The notes under the pieces were generated by a model that saw only the letters and a program-made list of their open reading frames with translations, searched no databases and was not told the origin of the DNA. 64,000 bases of DNA from Rhodosorus marinus CCMP1338 (Eukaryota; Plantae; Rhodophyta), in NCBI GenBank assembly GCA_029953675.1, contig JAMWBK010000007.1, positions 1,798,001 through 1,862,000 of the forward strand, read 5' to 3'. Below are positions 1 through 12,800 of this stretch, piece after piece. The translations under genes and the position numbers were made by a program. How positions within the stretch are numbered: position 1 is the first letter of the stretch; the number at the start of each line of letters is the position of its first letter.

Positions 1-352
1 ACACACTCTTGAACCCGGCTTTTGTTCAGTTGGAGAAAAGCATTATCGATGCTATCATTGCAGCCAGTTCGAGACAGGACCTGGCCAACAAGTTCCATCC
101 CACCGGCGAAATCTCTGTACACATCGCGCAAATCGAACAAGTGTAATGAAAGACGAACATTAGCTATCGAACAAACACCAAACACGCCATTGAAGAGATT
201 CACAAACCTGCTGATCAGTTCACGACATGCTTCACCCCAGAACTCTGCGTCGCGGGGCAAACTCTCATACCGGGCGAGAAACCCCTCCATACCTTCAAGT
301 CGATCCCACTCCAAAAAACCGATCTCCTTCGTGTCTACTCCTTCATGGGGAG
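1..352 (-). CDS. Partial spliced hypothetical protein running off the left edge
   Basis: Minus-strand frame ..APHEGVDTKEIGFLEWDRLEGMEGFLARYESLPRDAEFWGEACRELIS, then a GTTTGTG...GTACAG intron, then DFAGGMELVGQVLSRTGCNDSIDNAFLQLNKSRVQEC, still open at position 1. Start codon not located and family not recognised. Confidence 0.35.
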
Positions 353-2316
353 CTAGTACTCAAGAAAATCTCAAAACGCAACCTACATCTTAAGCAGAGG
401 CCGCAAATTATTCCTCTTTTAGTGTCCCCGCGCAACTCCAACCCAGTCCCGAGAGTGACCCTTCAGTCTGCTTCAAGGAAACCCACCATTTAGTCCCTGT
501 TGAGGGTTAGGAAACCGAGCCCGAAAATTCTTCCAAATGTCAATAAATATCTGCCCGGCCGATGATACAAAAGAAATGTAAAAAAACCATTGATTTCCGC
601 GGGCCAATCCCGGTCTTCAATGACCAACCCGAAATTGGGATGCATCACTGTTTTCGTGTGATTCTAACCGCCTGGAACGGACAGTCTGTCCAGACTTCTA
701 CGGGTGGAGATGGAACCTCCCGTTCGCGAGAGGAACAGAGCTAGAGCTGATGACGGAGTGCTTCTCTTGATCTTGAGGAGAATGACAGAACGTGATAAGC
801 TGGCCTCATCTTTTCTTCTGTTCCATGGACCAGATGATGCTCCTGAGTGCATGAGCACGGTGCGTGATTCCACCAACACATGGCGAGCGTTCGATCTGTG
901 CAACGTCTCCCTGTAATCTACTCATCTGAACTAAGAGGAGAGTGCCTAGAAGTTCATCTGGTTGGTATTAACGTGCACATCTGCATGGCTTTTGCAAACG
1001 AACTGGAGATCGACGAATGGCAATACCGAAGCGTTGCGATCAGTAAGACAGAGCTCCTTCCAAAGGACGCTTTCCAGAGAATTTAATCATTTTCCATAAT
1101 TTCTCAAGCCTGGCAGCTCTGTGTCGCACAAGGCCACCATAAATCCGCACGCGGGAAAGCTGGGGACGCCTATAAACAATCAATCCCTAGATGCGAACCT
1201 TTCGCAACGATCATCATTTCCGCCGTTGCTCATGGAAATACTCAGGCATCAAAACGTCATACAAATCCTGCACATCCGGGTACGCAACAAGGACATCCAA
1301 CCACCGCAGAAACCCAAATTCTAAAACACCCACAGTCGACCAAAACATCCAACACATTCAACGCCAAACTACCGTCCAGACCAGCAGTGCCATTTGACTT
1401 CTTCATTGCCAAAGACGTTTGCCAAATCCATCCAACAGCTTACACCTCATTCGCCTCTCGCAACATCTTCTTCAGTCGATCCCAACCCCTTCCCAACTTC
1501 CCATTCCGTACACTCCTTCACGCCGAGATGCAACTGTCATCCTCTTACATAATACTCAGATCAGGCGATTCCTCCCAAACGTGTCAAAATTCCCGGGTTC
1601 AGTTTTCTACAAATTCTAGTAGGGGGTAAATTCTACCTCATAACCGGCCATAAATGGCCATGACAATTTGATAATTCAATATCATTGGATTTGGATTGAT
1701 ATTTACCAAGGAGGGGATGTAATTAAACATTTTCCTCCGAGGAGATTGTTGTGGTGAAGCATTTTATGAATGGCGGAATTGGGGATTATGGGGCGGGTGA
1801 GGAGGGAGATGAGCATAGGTGGGGAAGGGGCTTGTAGAGGATTTGCTTTCTCCGTTCTTGGGGGGAGTGAAGGTGTGAGGAGTAAGATTGAAAAGGGTTT
1901 TTTTTATTGGTGAGGTAGGAATCGTTGGATGTTGAAGCTTTTGAAGCTTTGGTTTTTTGGTTTCGGGTGGGTTCGCGTGTGCTTTTTGGGGGAACGGAAG
2001 AGGGGTGGTTTTTTTTTTTTGGAAGGGAGGGGAGTAGGGGAGCGGGTTAAGTCGCTTTACAGACTGTGTATTGGGATTCTGGGGGAGCATGGTTTGATTG
2101 GAATGGATCTGGATTTGTTTAGGGGTATCTCGATCGCTCGGGGTTCTGGTTTTCATGCTTCTTGACCGGTGCGGGGTGGTGGAGTTGCGGTGGCGGGGGG
2201 TACTGGTCCGCCTTTTTTTGATTTGGTTGGTGGAAGGGATTTTGAAGGCTTCTGGGTAATCTCGTTGTTCCTGGGGATTTGTGAGAGCTGAGCCTACGGG
2301 AAGGGCGGGGAAACTA

Positions 2317-4364
2317 ATGAATATGTCTTTTCTCGCGGAGCCGACTTTGAAGAAGCCGGCCCTTCCTCCAAATGAGGATGTGGTTGTTGATGTGGTTGAG
2401 CTCATGCTGACGGAGCAGGAGAAGAGGCTTTTTGATCTGATGAAGGATGTCGTCAGGAAGAATAAGTTAGGGACAACATTGCGTGTAGCGGGTGGTTGGG
2501 TTAGGGACAAGGTAAGAGCTCCCGACCAACGGACGAGACTAAGGTCTCTCCTTCCCTGATGGCGTCCATTGAAGATGAACTATCAGTCAGCTGAATTTTT
2601 TTTTTCGTTAGATCTTGAACTTTAAAATGGAGGACAGCAAGGCTGTAGACATCGACATTGCGCTAGACAACATGCTCGGCTGTGACTTTGCAATACTTGT
2701 GAATAGATGGCTGGAAGAGAACGGAGAGGAACACCACGACTTTGGAGTGATGCACAAGAATTCGGAAAAATCGAAACACCTCGAGACGGCTCGCGTGAAG
2801 GTATGATAGAATTGAGTCGTTGACGCTCATGGATTGGTAAAGATTCCTGAAGGACACGATCTCGCATCGATTGCGTTTGGATAGGTATTGGGGTTAAGCA
2901 TTGATCTCGTCAATCTGAGGACAGAGACTTATACCGAAGACAGTCGGATCCCCACAGCCCAAATTGGAACTCCACTGGAGGATGCCCTAAGAAGAGACCT
3001 GACAATTAACAGCCTGTTTTATAACATCAATACCGGAAAGATCGAGGATTTTACAAGAGTCGGATATCTGCATTTGCAGAAAAGGATCATCAAAACGCCG
3101 TTACCGCCGTTGACGACGTTGCTTGATGATCCGCTGAGGGTCTTACGGGCTATGCGCTTCGCCAACCGTTTCAATTTCAACGTAGATGAAGAGCTGTACA
3201 CTGCGTTCTGTGATCCACAGGTACGGTGGTTGCCTAGTGTCGTTCAAGGATTTCTGTGCTTACTCAGGCTCTTCTGTGATGCTGTATCTTCTCCTTAGGT
3301 TCATCAAGCATTAGATGAGAAGGTCTCGAGGGAGAGGATAGGACAGGAAGTAGACTTGATGATATCATCAGGTCGGCCACTTCAAGCGATAGGACTCATG
3401 TGCGAAGTTGGAATCTTCCACATTGTGTTTCGCTTGCCAGATACCCTTTTGGAGTTGCCACCTTTCGACCTGAGGAACGCCTGCCTTGGGTGCTTGATTA
3501 ACTTGGATTCCTTGATACACCATCATTTTGATGGAATGCAACATACCGCTGCAGACCTTCGACTTGCACGGTATGCAGCTATCACTGCACCTCTCCGGAA
3601 TGTAAGATACGAGTGTGAACGACGACATCGCCCCACTCCAGTGACGAGGTAATCGTTCCATCAATTGCAAATTCCATCGAAAAAGCGGTGGTATGCCGCA
3701 ACTGTTTAGTAGGCTGAGACGTTTCTCTTCTCAAAATTTCAGACATGTACTCCAAAATGAACTGCGCATGAATTCGAAAACGGTTGATTCCGTTTATGCC
3801 GTGCACGAGGCATCGATCGAATTTCAGTTCTTGATGCACTTGGGATTGAACAACATCGATCGTCTTCGAGTGGCAGATATTCTGAGGAAGGTTGGACCAT
3901 TGTGGAAGTTGGGAATGATGACGGCACTGATTACTGAGATGTACCCCGCAAAAACCTCGAGGACGTACGCTGAGGCCCTGGACACAATCCCAGACGAGTT
4001 CGAGAGACCCGAACGTATGATCGTCGCGAACTATAAGCTTTTGCAGGTAAGAAATAAAGGGAAAAAGAGCTGCTCGCCCAGGCACTCCAAGACAGGCGAT
4101 TGCCAGGATCTCCGCTCTAACCGTCGCTCTCGTGTTTCGTGGATTGACCAGAACACAATTGAATCTCTGAGACTTGAAGGAGTCTGGGACATGAAACCAT
4201 ACATAAAGGGAGAGGAGATCATGCAGTTGCTCCCTAAGATTCCGCGTGGCCCGAGAATCGGCGACGTTTCCGACGAACTGGTGCAGTGGCAAATTCAAAA
4301 TCCCGAGAAATCAGTCTCGGAGGCCAGGTACTGGCTGGTTGAAACTTTCGCCCAGTACAAATGA
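2317..4364 (+). CDS. CCA1: CCA tRNA nucleotidyltransferase (class II, poly(A) polymerase/CCA family), multi-exon
   Basis: Exons contain LRVAGGWVRDK, DIDIALD, KSKHLETAR, IDLVNLRTETY, EDALRRDLTINSLFYN, DDPLRVLRAMRFANRF and KVSRERIG, the class II nucleotidyltransferase motifs. GT-AG introns begin near 2512, 2801, 3221, 3649 and 4047. An additional upstream targeting exon cannot be excluded. Confidence 0.93.
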
Positions 4365-5226
4365 ACTAGCCTGTTGAGCTGACTGGGAAAAAAGGCTCGC
4401 CAGTGTGTACAGAGCGTCCTATGAATAGTCACCCTGTCGTTCAATGGTAGCGTGCTACCTACATGCGGGTAAACTACCACTAGCATTCTTACCTCCCCTT
4501 CTCTTCTTTGAGTCGGCTAACTCGACGTAATCCTATGCTTCACCTCAAGGTTTGCTAAACACCAAAAATTTCCCACCGCATCCGCAGGACAGCGACCTCT
4601 CTAACTAAACTGGACTGGACGAAATCAGAGAAAGCCCTAACTCGTTTGGTCAATGGCAAAATGGATCTCATCCCCCCGAAAAAGGATCCACAGAGGAATC
4701 TGAAAATGACTAACTTCAATCATCGTTTCTGCCGGACAATTTTTTTTAGTTTCTAGAAAGAAGAAATATTTTAAATTTTAGAGGAATAGATTTCATCCGG
4801 CCATTTAACTAATTTACATAAATGCCCAATGTATCGCTACCCGCAGTAATATCCCGATGGAACGTCATATTTTATTATTTATTCTCAAATATTATATTGA
4901 TTTTAATAATAAAATTTCTAAGATAACAATATTCAGCAAAAACTTATGCGTTGGAGGGAAACGGATCATTCGTTTTTGTTAAACTTTAAACTTCACGTCG
5001 TGACATGTGAGGCGCAGAATCCATGAATTAAAGGCGATATTGACCTTTTTTTTTTTAGCTGAAAAAAGTCTTCTCTGGATTTTTTAGCCCTCCACTACAC
5101 AGCATAATGAAAATAAAAAGAAAATAAGGAGATTAAGGTTCGCGCGTTTTATGTGCAATAGAATCGTAGTGTTGGGTATTAGATATATTCATGCATCCTG
5201 TGTCGGCTATGGTCGCTTCCATTTGC

Positions 5227-5234
5227 GCGGGAAA
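5227..5234 (-). promoter_or_regulatory. Candidate E2F binding site (TTTCCCGC)
   Basis: GCGGGAAA on the plus strand is TTTCCCGC on the minus strand, matching the E2F consensus TTTSSCGC, about 410 bp upstream of POLE2. A related TTCGCGCG lies at ~5139. Confidence 0.45.
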
Positions 5235-5646
5235 TTGTAGACTAGGGTTTCGATGTGAATCAGGCGAGGAAGGAATCGAACGGAGTGGGGAAGAAGACAT
5301 GAGGAGAGGATTAGTATCATATGAGGTAGAATCTGGGAGGTTTTATACCATTTAATATATTTTCAGAGAGGAATTGTGTGGAGATTTAGTGTCGCCGTTG
5401 GCTCTTGGGGGTGGTTGATGGTGAATCTGGGGCGGTGTTCTGGTTGTAACGCTCGAGATATCGATTAGGTTGCAAGGTTGCGGTTTGGGTTTCCTGCTTT
5501 CGGTTTTTATTGGTTCTTTTGACGCTGGCGGAGATCGCCTTTGTTGACGGTTTTTCTTCTTCTTCTCGAAGTTTGGTGATAGGAGTGAGACATGCCGGGG
5601 TCAGGAGACTTCTGAATAGTTATCTCGAGGAAATTGGTTTTGGAAA

Positions 5647-7552
5647 ATGGGAGCTCTGAGTGGGTTGGAGAGAAAGCAACTGCTTCGTTCCGCGAGGCAG
5701 AGAGGGGTTGTCATACAAGCTGAGGCGCTTTCTGTTCTGACGGAAATCTACTCGACGTTGTTCTCGACAAATTTTGGAAAGTTTGTGGAAACGCTGTTCG
5801 AGTATTTTCAAGGGGTCAGCGATGGTTCTGACATACTCACTGAGGAGAAATCCAAGAAGTTGTTTGCCTCGCTGTTGCGTGTGAGCAAAAGGGAAGCTGG
5901 TGAAATCGAAAATCGACTCACCCTCATCAATGCGTTCCGAGTACCAGTTCCACTCTTCAACCGGAGCTCCAAGGCGTACGGGATTGATGAAAATGCCAGG
6001 CCCAAGTTGATGTCGGGACCGGAAGAGAAAGTAGGCATGTTTCGGAAGAGGTTTGAGCTCTTGTTGCAAAGGACCCTGCGTGATGACCGTTTCCACTCAC
6101 CGGAAACCCATAACTTCGTGGATACAAAGGTCCGTCTCACTGAGATTGAGTCGTTGCACACTCAGTCTGGGAGGAAAACCGTTCTAGGTTTTCTAACGCA
6201 GCTTGAGGAAGGGGCTTGGTTTCTTGAGGACCTCAGGAGCTCGATTCAGATAAGTCTCAAAGTAGGTCATCTTTTCAACATCTACTGCTATCCATGACGA
6301 TTCGCTAATGCCTCTCATCGTTGTTGCGGCTGCTCTTGGTTCCCCTCAACAACCAGAATGCCCAGTTTACTCCCGGCATCCACACAGATGGAAGCATCGT
6401 CCTTGCCCAGGGGGAAATGGTAGGGTCTCTTTTTGTAGTGGATACACTCGGAGCTCCAAGTGCGGAGAAGCGATCGGACAGTCTAGCGGCAATCTCTCGA
6501 TGTGATCTTTTCGGGCCGGCATTGGAGGATGCAGACCGGAAGTTGCTGGCTGAAAAAGAAATGTGAGCATCCAAGCCTGAGAACCAAAGAGCGAAATCGC
6601 TGCCTGCTAGGAAATTCCAAGTTTAGGAGAACTGAAGGTTCATTTTCATGCATGGCAGGGAGGACGGAGAAGCAATGATACTGTTTCTGGCTGACGTGTG
6701 GCTTGACACGAAGCGGGTGAGTGATGAGAGCAACAAGACCCATACGACCCTCTTGAGCCGCTTTCGCTAAAATTCCGTTGAGACAATTATGCTCCAGGTT
6801 CTCGGCGGGTTTACACGTTTATTGCAAGGATTTCGAGAAAGCAAGTTAGTTCCCGCAGTCATTGCCTTGATGGGTGACTTCTCGTCGCCTCAATTGTCAG
6901 CCACGGAGCAGGCCGCGAATCTTCAGTCGAATTTTGGTGCACTGGGGAACATTATCGCAGATTATAAGGAGATATCCGAGCAGACGGAGTTTGTGATAAT
7001 ACCCGGCCCGAATGATCCGGTAAGCCACCCGTGAGCACAGCCGGCCGGGCGTTGGCAGGACCATGAACGCCTTTTCTTTTCGATTCGTAGGGAAGCATGG
7101 GAGTTCTTCCCAGAGAGAGTCTAGCGCCGTTTTTTGTGGAGGAATTCAGAAAATCCGTGAAGAAGGTTCACCTAATGTCCAGCCCATGCCGCTTGAGGTA
7201 CTACACGCAGGAGATTGTCGTCTTCCGTGAAGAGCTATTGCAAAAGATGATGAGACATTCTGCTACGAGATTGACAAGTGAGGAGGACCATACTGAACAT
7301 CTGGTGAAGTCCATCATAGACCAGGCCCACCTCTGCCCGCTACCGCTAACTTCAAGACCTGTGCTATGGGAACACGACCATGCCCTGTGGCTGTTTCCAA
7401 CACCGGATGTCCTGGTCTTGGCTTGTAACCAAAACCCTTTCGTGTGGTCATACAACAACTGCCAGGCAGCAAATCCAAGCCGATTCGGGTCGAACTGCAC
7501 GTTCACTGTATATCTACCAAGTTCAAAAATTGTACAGCAAAGCTCATGCTGA
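5647..7552 (+). CDS. POLE2: DNA polymerase epsilon subunit B (Dpb2), multi-exon
   Basis: KVGMFRKRFELLLQRTLR, VLGFLTQLEEGAWFLEDL, FLADVWLD, FVIIPGPNDP, SSPCRLRYYTQEIVVFREELLQKMMR and LVKSIIDQAHLCPLP..PVLWEHDHALWLFPTPDVLVL are all typical of Dpb2/POLE2. Confidence 0.95.
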
Positions 7553-7646
7553 GAAATAAATACTCGTCTTTTCAGTACCCTGTCTCACCTAGACGACAAG
7601 AGCGATGGGTCTCTGTAAGAAGCCACCGATGCATTATTGACGAAGA

Positions 7647-8850
7647 CTAGTTGGGAATCCGCTCTCTATCCTCCTGGAGCCGCCATCGAACGAGAACCTC
7701 GTCAGTGCGATACCTCTGAGTACACGTAGAATCCTGAAACTCAAGCCTGTCGCCATTAAGGTACTGGATGAGTCCAGTCCAAGCAATCATGGCTCCGTTG
7801 TCAATGCAGAAACGCTCGTCGGTGCAAAAGGCTCTTCCACCTCGCTGCTTGACCATCTTCTCCATCATGTTCTGAAGTCTCTCATTGCAGCCGACACCGC
7901 CGACGACCAGGACATCCTTCTGACCGCAATGTGCCATTGCCCTCTCCGTGATCTCGGTAAGCATCGCGAAAATGGTTTCTTGCAGGGAGAAGCACAGGTC
8001 CTCAACTCGATGTTCTCCCGACTTGACCTCGGTCTCAACGAAAGAAAGCAGACCCGAGAAGGAAACGTCCATCCCCTTCACGACGTACGGCAAATCGATT
8101 AGTTTAGAACCGTTCTTTGCCTCCTGTTCTACGTTGTAGCCCGGAGCAGGATCGTTTGATAAGCCGACAAGCCTTGCAAAGCGATCTATGCAGTTGCCAA
8201 CAGCGATGTCGATGGTCTCTCCAAAGATCCTGTACCTTCCTTGGGAATAGGAAATCACCTGTGTGTTTCCTCCACTGACGTAGAGAACCACAGGATTACT
8301 TGCCTTGGTCACTAATCGACCCATTTCTATATGTCCGACGCAATGGTTCACCCCTATCAACGGCTTTGACCACAGAAGTGACATCGTCCTGGCTGCTACA
8401 GCTCCTGTTCGTAATGGTGCACCCATTCCAGGACCTTGAACAGAGCAGAGCAAAGTAAGGGCACCGTCATAAGCCTTGAGACGGTAGGCGGCTAAGCCAT
8501 CATCGAACCTTTGGTATACGCAATACAGGTGATATCTTGAGGATCCAGATTGGATTCATCCAGAGCCGCTCTCACCAGCGATACGATCTCTTCTTGGTGG
8601 TGTTTTGCAGTCTCCTTGGGAAGGAAGCCGTGACCTGGTGGAGAGACATACGTTTTCCTTACATTCGCGAGAATCTCACCTGACGATGGATTCAAAAAGA
8701 AAAGAGGGGCGAACTTAACAAAAAAAAAGAAAGAAGGAACGATCGCTGCGAAGAAAGACTTTGTGTGGCAAGCTCACCTTCCTCGGAAACGATCCCAACA
8801 CCGATCTTATTCGCACTTCCTTCAATACCAAGCGCAAAAATCAGACCCAT
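7647..8850 (-). CDS. KAE1: KEOPS t6A tRNA threonylcarbamoyltransferase Kae1/OSGEP, 3 exons
   Basis: Exon 1 [21 protein letters not shown] (ATG at 8850); exon 2 [34 protein letters not shown]; exon 3 [66 protein letters not shown]. Confidence 0.97.
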
Positions 8851-9834
8851 CTCCTTTATTTTACAATATATTGTCAGTCAGCCTTCCTAGCTTCCGTCTG
8901 AGAGTCAATGCGTCTCGCCTAAAGCAAGAAAAACGAAGTCGCCTTCTTCCCCTTCGAGTCACAGGAGGAGACCGCCCGAGGACATTGACGACAAGCAGTC
9001 TTGTCCCATTTCGCAATGTCCCATTTGGCCATGTCCCGATTGGAAGGGGAAAAGAGTTGGATGGGGAGCAAGGACGCCAGCTCGATGAGTGGACCGCTGG
9101 TTTGGTTCCTCGGACTACAACTTTGTACAGGGTCTTCCACTTTAAAGTCCTCCTTGGAAGTGTCAGTTGGAGGAAAACCGTCCTCGGTCCTGCGATCGGA
9201 CAAGGTGCTTGGTGTCCCATGGCCAAGCTATCTGATTGAGCTTGGTGGGGTACTTAACTTTCGCGTCGAAGCATTCCAAAGTAGTACGTTCGGCAAAGTT
9301 CTGCTCGACTTGGCAGTGCAGATTGAGTTCAGACCCGTACAGAGCTGAGCACACATGCGAAGCTAAGCGGGCCAGGGGCGTCTTGATGGCCTCCCCACAG
9401 AGCTGTCTTTGACTATCTGGTGTTCAAACGGTGCTTTATTGTTGGATGCGCGTCATCAGCGTCTTGCTTCTCGCTTCTCAAGGTAGCTAGGCTCTGAGTA
9501 AATGGATGATGATGATGAACATCAACCGGAAAGTATTGTCGATTCTTTAAACACCACTAGTACGAGAATACCAATCTAAAATCATCTTAGTACAAATGGT
9601 AGTACGATGTACTATTGATTGATGTAGACCGTATGTTCTTAAAATTTTGAACGACTCAGATGAGAACAGCAACCCCCCGAACTTAGCACGATTAGTACAA
9701 ATATGGTATGTTGATACTAAATTTAGTACCAAGATACTAGTTCCCATTTTGGGAAGACGTTGTCGAGGGAGGGGCGGATTGGGGGGATCTGAGGGGATGT
9801 TGGAGAAGGTAGAAGCAGTCTTAGGTAATGAGAA

Positions 9835-12800
9835 ATGAGTGCTACTGAGGCATCGCGTGGGTTAGTCCTGGCAGAGGAGCGGCGATCTACGCTTTTGACG
9901 TTGATTCGTCTGCAATCCCGGGGGGTGGATGTCTCGTCTGTGGCGGTGGATATTGTGAGGTACTGCCTGGAGACAGATTCTGTGAGGCAGAACGGGATTG
10001 TATCGATGTCTTTGGAGCTTTTGTGTGTTCAACCGGATCACTCGGCTTGGGAGCTGATTACGAAGATACTGAACGAGCTGTTGAGGAATCCCGATGAGCG
10101 GGTGATCAGTACTGTGTTGGATAAGGCGTCTTCTCTGCCTCCCCAAGTTCTCAAGGTGAGCCATCGCACCAAGAAGATCTTCCTGCGGCAGATGATTAGG
10201 TGATGATAATCCGCTGATTACCGTCTACATTCACCCTTGCGCCAGGCCTTCGTGTTGAAAACTGGATCTACAATAGCCAAACTCGGCAAGGAGGGGCCCA
10301 AGAACGTCCGATACGCTGCAATTAAGGTGATCTGCTTCATCAGCCTGAGGATAGACTCTTTGATGTCCAGTCCGTCCAATCTACAGAAGGGATACACCCC
10401 TAAAACCGATGCACTCCTTGAGAAGGATCCGGGAGCTCTCAAATCTGCCCTTGAGGCTATGACAAAGGTCTTCCAGAACAGTCTCATGGACTACGACGAG
10501 AGGAGCTCGTCGGAAGTCCTCCACACGGCCGTTCAGATTGTCCAGGAGTCTCAAAATGCATCGATGGGAGAGTCCGTAATGACCAGAGAATCCGTTGAGG
10601 AACACGTTTTTAAGAACATCAAGGTAAGAGCGGCTCTCTTGTTTCACAGAAGCAATCTAATCTAAATCTGAAAACCAAAAACAAACTCGTTCAATCTCTG
10701 GTCGAAAGTCTATCACGTCGCGAATCCAATCCTTGAAGAGCATCGTGTCAACTAGGAAACAAACTTCCTCACTTCTTGAGCTTGCTGGTAATCGATACCC
10801 AGAAGATTCTTAGTACTCGGTTATTGGGACAAGGGCATTACAGCTCATTTTGCTCTCCCCTGTGACTGTGCGCTCTCTCTGCTCCTCTGCAAACCAGCTT
10901 TTGTTCTCCGCAACAAGGATTCATCAGTTGATAGGGTTGAATGGGCAGCGCGTTTCATGGATGGACCCGTCGCCAGTTTCCTGTCCGCCGGCGATCCCCC
11001 CATTTCGTTGTTGGTAGCGATTGGAGGGGCAAACGTTTGCTCTGTTACAGATGAGAAGCACAGCAGTCTCCTGAAGAAGACGAAGCAACGGACTCTTCCG
11101 ATTCTTGTCCGAATGGCTGGAGACTCTGTGCTTTCTCCTCCGCAGGTAGGCTAATGACCCGGCACTTATGGCTTCCCACATGTTGCTGATTCGAGCCTCG
11201 GTCTTTCTCGCCACCTTCAGAGAGGTTCCGCAGCGAGCGCAGCGGTAACTCTAGTTCAGGACGCTCAAAAATCAAATGGCGCCGAGAAGTCCGTCCTGGC
11301 GACTATCGCGCAATTGTTCACCTTGTGTGGGACAATAACACCGATGCGGGACCGCCTGAAGTGTCTCATCAACTTGTGCCAGCTGCTCTTCAAACTTGAC
11401 TGTGTAGACGATGTCAGCTTGACAGCCGCGTCAACCACATGGACCCTGGAAAGCGGCTACGTGAAAGCCCTCGTAGATGCTGCGTCGGCCAACCCAGCAT
11501 ATCCGGCAGAGGTTGTGACCGCTCTATGCAGCTCATGCCTGCGAATGATTAGATATGTTACCCAGAAGCGTCCGAACAGAATGAAAGTGCTCGAAGCGTG
11601 GTTCTCTGCAGTCTGTGTCGTGCTCAAGGTGTTCTTCAAAGCCCTTTCGTGGAGTAGGGAAACCATTGAGGTTCTTACCGCAAAGGAGTACCTGCTAAGG
11701 CTCTTTGAACTGGGCATGGATGTGGACAAGTTTTTCGAAAAGCATAAAAACGTTCGAAGACCAGAACTCGAAGGCGTCCAACAGGTACGGACCACTCCTG
11801 GATCTGCATTGCTCCTTCTCGGATCACTCTCACAAGCAAATGACATTGGCACTGAACTACGTCGTCTTTTTTACCTTTTTACTTTTCGACAAAGGAGCTA
11901 ATTCTGCTTCTAAGCCACCAGCGGAATCCAAGAATCAAGGCGCTAGCAATCCTTACAGCGACTTACCAAACGAGACAGGAGGTTATCGACGTCTCCGACA
12001 ACGGGAAGCAGATTCTGAAAGCCCTCTGGAATTTTTTCAAAGGGGGTTTTGAGGATACAAAGATCGCTGAGAGTAACATGAAGCGTGGGCTCATGTGGAC
12101 GCCAATGAAGACCGAAACCACGCTGCTATCCGACAATGCTTATCTTGCGGACCTATCCACGAGAACGCTGGTTCAGAGAGTGCCCGCCGCAGCGTCCAGG
12201 ACGGTCGCCATGCTCAAGAGGTACTTGGAGGTTCTCGCAGAGTCAAAAGAAAGTGATGTTTTGGCGACGGACCTCGTCCAAACCTCTCTTGAAGTGCTGA
12301 GCGCCTACGACCAACCGAATTTTCCGAAGAAGGTAAACCGGAGACGCTTTGATCGTCGGAGGAGGAGCCACCAGCGCTCAGGAGACCCATTTGCGTTATT
12401 CAGTTGCCAAGCCGCTTTTTTTCCTGATTTCCCTGTCGCTACTCCTATGCAGGTTGAACCGAAGACGCTGACAAGCTTTGCAAACGCTCCACAGCCGGAT
12501 CCGCTACTGATGCTTCTTCCGCCGCTGTCTGATGCTCTCTTGACCGCAACGGTTCGTCTTGCTCCGTTTCAGGAGCTCACGGCGGAGTCGCTGTTTGAGG
12601 CGCTCGTGCTTCAAGATGACGGATCATCAACAGCTGATCCCAAGGCTTCATCCAGAGGCACCTTTCGATCCGGAACTAAAGCGGTATGCTAAACATCCTC
12701 CTTCGATTGGGTAGCGGAAGGCCACAACGGTGTTCTAAACCTACTGTCTGCCAACACCGATCTTCGTTTGTACAGATTCTCTTCAGCGAGAAGGGAATTG

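Noticed and set aside
1764-2510. 248-aa minus-strand ORF and similar long antisense ORFs (3582-4298, 19168-19896, 52750-53253, 58079-58501)
   Set aside because: They are low-complexity or antisense shadows of recognised genes or G/T-rich leaders, with no motifs.
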